From assembly GCF_947568905.1 (NCBI RefSeq), contig NC_079171.1, positions 20,274,001 to 20,338,000 of the forward strand: DNA of 64,000 bases, given 5' to 3'. Each line of letters opens with the position of its first letter. The stretch's first letter is position 1. This document shows positions 37,801-47,400 of this stretch, in pieces. This DNA is from Ostrea edulis (lineage: Eukaryota). The notes below the pieces were generated by a model, which was not told where the DNA came from, did no database searches, and worked only from the letters and a program-made list of their open reading frames with translations. The position numbers and the translations under genes are program-made.

Positions 37801-40800
37801 ATTTACGTTTCCCATTGAACCCTGACCCTGAGTGTTGACGTAATTTCCGATCTGATGCACACCTGTCTGTGAGGAGTTGTTGCTTGAATCTGCAATGTAT
37901 CACACAAATACTTTGAATTATTACTCTACATACTGATAGCATTTTTGAATGCAGATTCTGTTCAATTTTCCTAATACGATTTGTACATGTATGTTGCACT
38001 TATAGAGGTTTAAAAAATCAGAGAAAGTAAAACTAACAATCAGTAAGGGTGTGTTTCATTTGTTGTTTGTTTTACGTCTCGTCGAGAATGTTTCACTCAT
38101 ATTGAGACGTCACCAATTGTAGGTGAAGTACCACAAAATTAGATCTATGCTAGCGCTTACGGTCGAAGCAGTGAGGGTTTTTTAATATGAAAACGAATGT
38201 CGTGACACAAGACCTCCGATTTTAATGTCATATCCGAAAGACCCGTGATTCTCACTTCTAAATCCCGAGCATTTGGTGAAGGAGCAGTCACTACCTATGT
38301 TACGTTTGATTCCCGAGGGGATCCGGGTTAGAATAGGTCCTCAGTACCCCTTACTTGTCGTAAGAGGCGACTAAATGGGGCGGTCCTTCAGATGAGACCG
38401 CAAAAACCGAGGTCCCTTATCACAGCAGGTGTGGCACGATGAAGATCCCTCCCTTCTCAAAGGCCGTAAACGATGAGCATAGGCCTAAATTTTGCAGCCC
38501 ATCACCGGCAATGGTGACGTATCCACATCAGTGAAAAATTCCTCAGACGGACGTTAAACAATATACAATCAATCTTAGATTTGAAGGGACTCGAACTCAC
38601 GACCAACCGGTTACGAAGCAAACGAAAAAAACTGGCGTGAAATATGGTACAAAATTTCCAGCTTCTCTAGAACTTACGTGAACATGAGCAGACGACACAC
38701 CCCATGTCATTCAGAGTCACACACGAAGAATCACAGTTCTTGGGAAACGATGGACATCCATTAATTCCATTACCACCGGAACTGGAAGCTTGCACAGCAG
38801 TGGAGGACGAGTTGGTGGATCCTACATAAACGCACATAAATGATCTAGTGGAATTCCAGGTTATGATAATTCTTCCTTAGAGTCGTTATGACTTGAATTG
38901 CTGTATACAATGGAACTGGTACGGGGTTTTTTTTTAAGAAATAAAGATAACGTTTTCGTGTATGTTACAGGATAGCGTCCAATGTCGAGAAATATTGTTT
39001 TGAAATACACAAGCCGAGACGTTAACCAAGACTTTTATATTTCAAACAACATTTCGAGACCGAGGAGGTTATCCTGCATCATCCACGAAAACAAGAACTT
39101 TATTTCTATTCTACTGTGGCTCAGAATCGTTTACCAATAAGTTGTCTTTTGCTGACGAAAAAGGTGAGATGGTAGGGGTATACTACAATGTAGATCTATT
39201 TTCAAAATATTTCATGTAGCATTTAGTTTGATGTTGGCGGATTTCATCAACTGTTTTGAATACACTGTCGAAGAAAACTACACATACGTGGAACAGGGTA
39301 AACTTGTCCGGCATGTTCACATGTGTATCGATCTCGAAGTGCAGACGATTGATTTATATTGAATGACAATTTTTTGGCAGTTATTTATAAAGGTTTGCAA
39401 ACATATAATGATTAATTTTTATGATTTTGAAATTGAATTATTGGTGTATTAGTGAAACATGAAGTGCAAGTGAGATATGAATCAATTTTCTCATAACCAG
39501 TTATTACGTATGAAGGTATATCGCAGAATAATGACCGCGGCGTTTCCTTGACCTTTGCAATAAATGTGGTAGAATTATTATTTGGTACCTGAGGTAGGAC
39601 ATTGGCAAACAATACAACCCTGAGCGTCCACCATAGCACACTCAGTACGACAGTTTTTAGGAAATGGATGACATCCGTTTATGTTTCCCTGAGAGGCGGA
39701 TGAGGAGGACGTGCTACTTCCGGTATGGCCTGATCCCCCTGAAATTTTGTGTGGAAATGCAGACGTGAGGATTTGATGATTTACCCTAGATAGTCTATGA
39801 TAGGTGAAAAGTAACAAAATCAAGCTAAAAATATGTTACAAGCGGGTCTTGTTATTTCTACACGACGATATAAACTTTTGACGAACCTGTTGAGCAGGAG
39901 CAGACGATGCAGCCCATGGAGTCGATGTGTGCGCATTCTGCACTACAGTTCTTTGGAAATGGAGCACATCCGTTTACATTTGGCGCGCTTCCAGCTGTAC
40001 CATTACTTGTCGAAGTTTGTGAAGCTTTTAATATTAAAATAAATGAAAGACTGACTCGCTCCTAAGAGCCTTCATTCCAGTAATCTCGATCAGCAGACGT
40101 TTGTGTATACTCCCCGCTAACGTCGTGACTCTTTGTTCAGTATTCTATCTGAACTCAAGACGAGGCTTATTAAAATTCGCATTAGCTAGTTCAAAATGGT
40201 CATACCTGCACCAATATATAAACTACCTTGTATCGAACTCTAGAGAGCGGAAGCGTAACTTTTCCACTGAAATAAAACAACATTCAGTGTTCAGAACATT
40301 TTTCTTCCCAGTAAATATTTGTTGAGACTCCTTCTTGTGTGACTATTATGTCAGTGGAATGTGACACATGGGATTACCTCCTTATTGAAAATACATAGTT
40401 TTAAAAATAATCTTGATAAAATATCGTTTATTTCAGTTCAGATAAGGAACTCACAATTTTTATCAGGCATTATATTTCAAACACACCTCTTTAATTTTTA
40501 ATTCAGCGTCAAATAACGGGGATTTGTTTTTTTTTTATTGGGTTTTTTTTTGTTTGTTTTTTTTTGTTTGTTGTTTGTTTGGTTTTTTGGTTTGTTTGTT
40601 TTTTTTTTAATAAAAAGCGTCCGAATGCTTGTGGGAAATATACACAAACATCTGGATGATCGAGACTATCATTTCAAAAACAATTTGCACGAATTGTGGT
40701 TACTTGAATTTTAGCTTTTTATATTCATTAAACGATACACATTTGTATCAGCGTTTAATCAATTAATTATTAATCGTGAAGTCTCCAGTGATTACTTTTT

Positions 40801-41914
40801 GGACAAGAGCAGATGCGGCATCCCATGCTGTTTAGTTTCATACAATTTGGGTCACATTGTGAGGGAAACGGCGGACATCCGTTGTTGTTTCCGGAACCAC
40901 CTGTTCCTGATGCGGTCTGGGTTTTATTTGATGCTGTTGAACGAAGTGTTCTAATTTCAAAATCATTCAAAGATGAATATCCATCTAATCGAACGTCTTT
41001 GTTTAATGTGATATGTTTATCAATAAACTTTTTATAAGCAGCAGTAAATGTAACGAGATATACCGTGAGAGGTTGGGCACTGGCACACTATACATCCGGT
41101 GGCGCTGATGGTGTAGCATGCAGAAGGACAAGAACGGGATAATGGCGGACAGTTGTTGTTGTTAGCTCGGGCATTTTCAGCTATGGTGTACATGCAATAG
41201 AGCACATGAACAAATATATCATCAACATGAATAAATATATCATATGAACAAATATGCCATCCTATGAACAAATATGTCATCCTATGAACAAATATGTCAT
41301 CCTATGACAAATATGTCATCATATGAACAAATATATCATCATAAAAACAAATATGTCATCATATAAACAAATATGTATTCATATAAATAAATATGTTATC
41401 AAATGATCAAAAATATTAAATGAAGAAATATATCAGGATTTACACAACATAGTCAAGCCAATACCGTGGAATCATTTATAGGTAAATTCATGGGGGCCTA
41501 ATTTTCGTGGATTATCGAGATTTTACTGTTTCGTTTGGATATATTTTCGTGGATTATCGAGATTTCACTGTTTCGTTTGGATATATTTTCGTGGATATGG
41601 TTTCCATACAACATAACATTATATATATTGTGTATTGCGTTGTCGTTTGAATTTCGTGGGATAGTGTACCAACAGTGTGATTCGCCCGAAAATTGAGTCC
41701 CTAAACAATTTCAATACTTTACTCATTTCTATGCTAATTAAAACACAGTTTAAACATTTATTTGTATTTGCGATAATCTACAGGTGTACGTTACCATACA
41801 TAAGCAAAGTGATGCATTGGGAAGTGAGGAAGGGATTCTCTTTGTACATGTAAAGCTGAAGATGGAAAAGCTTGAGAAAATCAGGATTAACAAGCAAAAG
41901 GGGGATTGACACAT
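29776..41914 (-). CDS. Gene A: secreted mucin-like protein with 18 six-cysteine antistasin-like modules, ~971 aa
   Basis: Exons (high to low): 41914-41800 (MCQSPFCLLILIFSSFSIFS, least certain), 41180-41064, 40933-40796, 40024-39887, 39738-39589, 38821-38678, 37889-37716 (GC donor), 35104-35054 (Ser linker), 34611-34507, 33470-33330, 33166-33014, 32897-32739, 32485-32333, 32205-32053, 31931-31773, 31347-31192, 31012-30857, 30753-30601, 30484-30338, 30029-29776. All internal exons are phase 1-1; total 2916 nt. Module e.g. VPGAGGCPSFDFSTCDPSCVVMDGQGCMSCQC; last module CPPIRCTYPCDVGVAFNPQGCPICKC has classic antistasin spacing. Confidence 0.85.
31572..31703 (-). pseudogene. Dead copy of a gene A module exon (pseudoexon)
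   Basis: Retains AG/GT and a 132-nt length but reads ...AVI*SLEAGWSPTFDFSTCHSCVG*GCMPCK, with two stops and lost cysteines. Confidence 0.85.
38050..38630. mobile_element. Nested tRNA-derived SINEs in a gene A intron
   Basis: Minus-strand SINE with a B-box (plus strand GGGACTCGAACTCACGACC, ~38590-38608) interrupted by a plus-strand SINE (38317-38575) with TGTCGTAAGAGGCGACTAA and a (CAAT)n tail. Confidence 0.7.
38945..39575 (+). mobile_element. Dispersed non-autonomous DNA element with a terminal hairpin (related copies at ~51600-51790 minus and 54160-55200 plus)
   Basis: Shared TTTCAAACAACATTTCGAGACCGAG..GTTAT.CTGCA..AT...GAAAACAAGAA and ATAATGACCGCGG blocks at three loci. Confidence 0.75.
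41205..41405. repeat. 19-20-bp minisatellite, ~10 degenerate copies
   Basis: Unit ATGAACAAATATGTCATC(CT/AT). Confidence 0.85.
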
Positions 41915-42350
41915 TTAGATGCTTTGTCGTGCTTTGTTCCGAACTGGAACTTCCCAGCTCATCCCTGTCCCGTACGAATCCTGAGTAAGCAGTGCATTGG
42001 CAGATTTCCTCACGCAGGAACCTGCGCTGGGTGGTATGATTACGTCACATGTAATAAAGTAAAAAAAGTGATACTATACCTCGTCTCTGTTCTGGGTTTG
42101 GTACACCTAAATAAATTTTGTAATTATAAAATACAATCACACGATACTCGAAAATCATAAACCCTCTGTAAGGATTTATATACAGAATCTACTAAAGCCA
42201 GGAGCACGGAGAGCTAACTCCAAAATCAACACAAATAGTACATGGTTTCCACTGAATACCTCTATTTTTATGTCTCATTATTGTGTTCCTACACGTAATT
42301 TCACGTTAAAGAATACATGTACATGTTCTTTAATAGATGCTGTACATATT

Positions 42351-42738
42351 ATCTGGTGCATTAAAATTGGTACCGTATAACTTTTACATTACGACCCCTG
42401 GGTCGAAGCCTCTGCTGGTGGACTGTTAGTCCTTCCTCTAGGGTATCTACTGCCCAGTAGCTAAGTACTTCATTACTAGCTTGAAAATACGGATGTATAT
42501 TTAATTGCTGGGTTAAAATTTAGAAATTCATTTCTAAATTAAGGATTATATCCCTCATGCATAGCTCTACCCTTGGACGAATTTGTCTCCACTTTTTGAC
42601 ACTCTAGTGTTCCTTTTAGTTCTTATAAGTTTTTTGTTAATTCGAATTTCCAAAATTTCGATTTGGCATCACTGAAGAGATTATTTGTCGAAATGCGCAT
42701 CTGGTGCATCAAAATTGGTACCGTATAACTTTTACATT
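42351..42738 (+). mobile_element. Retrozyme-like unit (348-bp monomer with a ~40-bp direct terminal repeat)
   Basis: ATCTGGTGCAT(T/C)AAAATTGGTACCGTATAACTTTTACATT at 42351-42390 and 42699-42738; hammerhead core immediately before the second copy; many internal hairpins. Confidence 0.8.
42666..42707 (+). ncRNA. Minimal type I hammerhead ribozyme
   Basis: GCATCA-CTGAAGA-GATTATTTGTC-GAAA-TGCGCA-TC-TGGTGC: 6-bp stem I (GCAUCA/UGGUGC), CUGANGA and GAAA core, short stem II, palindromic stem III loop, AUC cleavage triplet ending at 42701. Confidence 0.82.
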
Positions 42739-44407
42739 GATATAAACTATGCATTATATATGTTTTAATATTTTTTTGTTTTTAAATTGTACGGCAAATC
42801 TCCTTGAGTATAAAATCACTTGTGTTCTATCTTTAGGTTTTCATCCTAAAAATCTAGCCTAAATTCGAAATAACAGAATAATCATAAAAATTGATCTAAA
42901 TTATTTTTGTTGGAAAATTCCATGACAAGACGTACAATCACCGTACAAATATATTACGTTGTCCTCACTGATGTGTTGGATAATTCTGAAATTCTTAAAA
43001 CTTACATGCTGCCAGGGAAATTATAGTGCAGATAAGAAAGGTGTCCTTCATCTCCATTCTGCTATTTAGGGTCGACACTTTTTAGCTTTACTCCTTAGGT
43101 GTTTTCTTTGTCCACTCTTTGCCAAGATTATGTAACCTTAGCGTCGAAAGTAACGAAACGAAATAAAATACACTTAACGGTTATGAAAGCTCTAATTCTT
43201 CAAGGCCAAGCTTGATTGAATATTCTTTTTATGGTCTAACCAATGATATATTCATGAGTAAAGGTCAACTTCCATAAAAGGTGAAACACTTTGACTTGGC
43301 CTGAACTGATAATTCGGACGGCTATTTTGGATCACACATGGTCTTATCAATGGAGACTTGCAGGTGCGAGAAAATTCACCATAGAGGAAAATACAAGTGA
43401 GATATCCCTCCATAGGACTTCCGTAGAGAGATCGGAATGGTGCATGTTTGCTGATAAACTTCCGATACATGCAATACTATGTAATAAATAACATACGTAA
43501 TACAGTGAGATAGTCTGTCTTCCTGCGTATGATCATCGTATCTATTTATAAATTAGATGAAAAGAAAGGCGACTACCGGGATTTTGTTTAATATCTCGAC
43601 ATTAGATTTATTCTTGTCCTTTAGTTCTAAGAATACAAGGTCTGCAAGATAAAAAAAAAAAAAAGCAAATATATTGGAACTTTTTCATTTCGTCAGCATA
43701 CTTTTCAGACAAATCCGAATTTTTTCCCTTTTATGGAGGAAAGATAACGTCTCCTGATTACAGTAATTAAGTAAGAACTGATGAACATTGATTACCATTG
43801 ACGTAATGAGTGATTCTCTCCTGAACATGCACGGGGCCGTACTATCTCTACTAAGGTCGTGTACATTTCAACTCATTACCTCGTGTCCAGCATTTGATCT
43901 AACTCGATATTTTGAATTACAGACAAACACAAAAATTTAATTCACTGATTTGATATATATCAAAATTCTTTTTTATATTTTAAGATCAGTACTTCTAATG
44001 AATATATGTACCAGTTTTCACTGTAAAGATTAGATAGATGATCCGCCTACATATTGTCTCGATCCAAGCAGCTGAACAAATCAAGTTATGATAAACAGAT
44101 AAAAGTTTTACTCATAATTCCCTCGTTATTAAGGATGACTGACACATTCCATGTTACATAATTTTCTGGATAAAATGGATAAACCTCATCATACCGGTAA
44201 CTCTAAACATATTGTAAGCGGCGAGAAGAAGCTTTCTGGGTTAACCACCCCGTCCTATCACCTTGTGGCAGGTGCTCGTCATCTTACGTTCAGGCTGTTG
44301 ACAATCATCTACCATATTCTACGCTAATTATAACTTTCTGATGAAAACCTCCATTTTAGAAACGTAAATATTTTTCAAATTCGAAATTAAACAAAATAAA
44401 TCGTAGG

Positions 44408-47400
44408 ATGGACTGTCAGTGTGTGATAGTTTTTGCAGTTGTGATTTTTCCCAGTTTTTTGAACGCACGTAAGTACTGCCATTATGGTACATTATTTCAC
44501 GTACATGTTATTTCATTTCTACAGCTGTAAAGTACATAACATATAAAGGATATATACAAGTTCTCAAAGATTGCTACTGTTTTCGACAGAGTTACCGGAA
44601 TTGGACCAGTGTCCGCCAGAGGACCCTAACTGTCACCCGTGGTGTATAGAATACGTCAACAAATGTCGAGTGTGTCGATGTAACAGTGAAAAGGGATTCG
44701 GTAAAATGGCGGGAAGCTTTTTTCGTTTACACGCGTTATAGCCCAGTAATATCAGCACTACCATAATCATAAACTCATTTAATAACTTGGGAGTGCATTA
44801 TAAGAAATACATTCCATTTCGTTATTTTTTGTTGATGTGACTACGATTTCTCATTCAATATTCTAGACAAGCAGAGAACTGGTGGCACTAGTGAATCTGG
44901 GAGCGGATCTGACACAGACTATTGGAACGGAGAATTTGGAAGCAGTGGAGGCGATTCCTGGTCCTCCTTGAGAGAGAAATTGGGATCAAACGGAGGGGAT
45001 GGGTGGGGATCAAACGGGAACGGGGGCAAAACAAACATAATCATCATAGAGAAGGAGAAGAAACCAGAGTCTAATATGATGTCATTTCCGGGGTCGTCTT
45101 TCGCGGGGAAATCACCATTTCAATTTAGTGGACTTGGACCGGCGATGATGAACTTTCCCCCTCGGCAGCACTCAATTCCTGCCGGTTGTAAAACTAAAAA
45201 CGTTCCCTTAGTGAGCCCCGGGGTCCCTAGGTACTGTGTCACGGGAATCATCATTGACTGCCCACATGGCTGCGTCGTCACAGACGAGTTCGGATGCAAC
45301 ACGTGCCCCTGTGCACCTGGTAAAGTCTTAATCCGAGATTCCTCTTACTCTTAACCCCGCTTTTATTTTGTGACTTCTGCGGGGGAGAGTCAGAGCGGAC
45401 TCCATATTGAAAAGTGGGAATTCTGCGACACCAGCTGGTGTCGCTGCTTTACCTACCTCTTACAACTTTATTTCGCGGATCTATCTTCCAAGACGTGAGA
45501 ATTCAGTTATCGGAAGATTATTCTACAAATACATCATGATTAATACGATGCTATCGCCGTTTAAACGATGGAATTTTGTGTTTACATGTGCTGACGTCAT
45601 GCGCAAAGAAATCAAATGGCGAGGCGGCGACCTAATTCAAGTGATGCTCCATTTGTCGGTGTTAGGGCCGTTTAAACGGCGATAGCATCGTATTAATCAT
45701 GATATATTTATCTTCCGTTAACTGAATTATCACGTCTTGGAAGATAGATCCGCGAAATAAAGTTGTAAGAGGTAGGTAAAGCAGCGACACCAGCTGGTGT
45801 CGCTGAATTCCCACTTTTCAATATAGAGTCCGCTCTGACTCTCCCCCGCACATGTCAAATATAAAAGCGGGGGTAAGAGTCAGAGGAATCTCGGATTAGT
45901 AAAGTCTTAGACAAATTTGTTTGTTATCCCTGCAAATGGCGCGTTATAAGATTCTTATTTTTTGATATTGTTTAATGGGACCTTGTCAAACATTTAATTA
46001 TGCGACCTTGCTCTAAAACACAAACAGTAAAAACTGGTGTTCGGAGAATAATGATCACATAAGGTGCGGATCCAGTAAGTTCAGAACGAAGGAGGGTGGT
46101 GGTAGCCGCATTATGAATATTAGTTCTAGTCTTCGCATGTAATAAGATCATATTAGATATATGATTCTAAGTCTGAATACAATGAGAAGAAAATGTACAT
46201 GCATAAAATGCAACAACCAATTTTTTTTAAATACTGCATCTGGTGTTCTGTGCAGTTTGGAGGTGACTATAAGAGTGCTGGAAAATGTTCATGATTCAAA
46301 CGGAGATTTATAAACATTAAGAAAGAGTGGGGACATTTCTTGTGCTTTTATTTTAGAAAAAACAAACGCCCATATATCCCTACATGTAAAATTGAATGCC
46401 GCCACCATCACCCTCCCTCTGGATCCGCCCTTGTCATGTACATACGTGTATTTATTTGTATAGCTACAAAAGCTTGGATGCCCGTCTGTGAAAATTCACC
46501 AGCTCCTAGGCCCCATCCTAAACCCCAGAATAGCTGTGTGGGAACTAAGCTGTGTATCACTTCTTGTAAAGGAGAGGTCAAAATAGGGGAGACTGGCCCG
46601 GACGGCTGTCAACGGTGTACGTGCATGAAAAAAGGTTTGAACATATTTTTATTCAGATAATTAACCTTTTAGATACATTTTGTACATTGTCAACCAAATG
46701 TATCTATCAAATCAGTACGATTTGGGCAAAAAATGAAATGATTTGATGTTCATGTAGAGAGCAATGTCGTTTCCATGGCAACTACAACTACACCTAAACC
46801 GACGACAAAAAACGTTATGGAGTGCACGAAGCTGATCGCGTGCATGATCAAATGTAAGGACACCGGATACGTCATCGGAGACACTCAGGTAAGATGGGCA
46901 CACCTGTAGTTCACAGGTGTGGTAGCCCGGCGTACCTGTGTATCATCACGTCATAATGTTAAGAAGTAACATGCACAGGCGAGCTATGCATGTGTATTAT
47001 CATAACACGTACAGGTGAGCTAAGCATGTCTGTGTATCATTATAATATGTACAGGCGAGCTAAACATATCTGTGTATCGTCATAACAAGTACAGGATATA
47101 TTTGTAATTGTATCACAGATTTTTATGCAATAAAACGTGATTATTTCAATGTCGACGAAAGAAGTTGAATAGAATCGCCCCATATGGAATTTACTGACCA
47201 CGCATAAACCATATTTGTGTAACCACTTTGTAAACCACTTTGTGTACGTACGTTTCGCATATAGAAATAACATATCTAATCGTATCCGAACTGGTCACAA
47301 GACAATTATTCCATTAAATTTTTTTGGTCATACTTCAAATAAAACTTACATGTATTTTTATATCCCTGATGGTCGAATCTTTCAATAATTGGGGAGGGGG

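Noticed and set aside
41920-42110. Minus-strand frame ...EEICQCTAYSGFVRDRDE... as extra N-terminal coding sequence of gene A
   Set aside because: Out of frame with the signal-peptide ATG at 41914, and the implied intron is under 60 nt; more likely 5' UTR.
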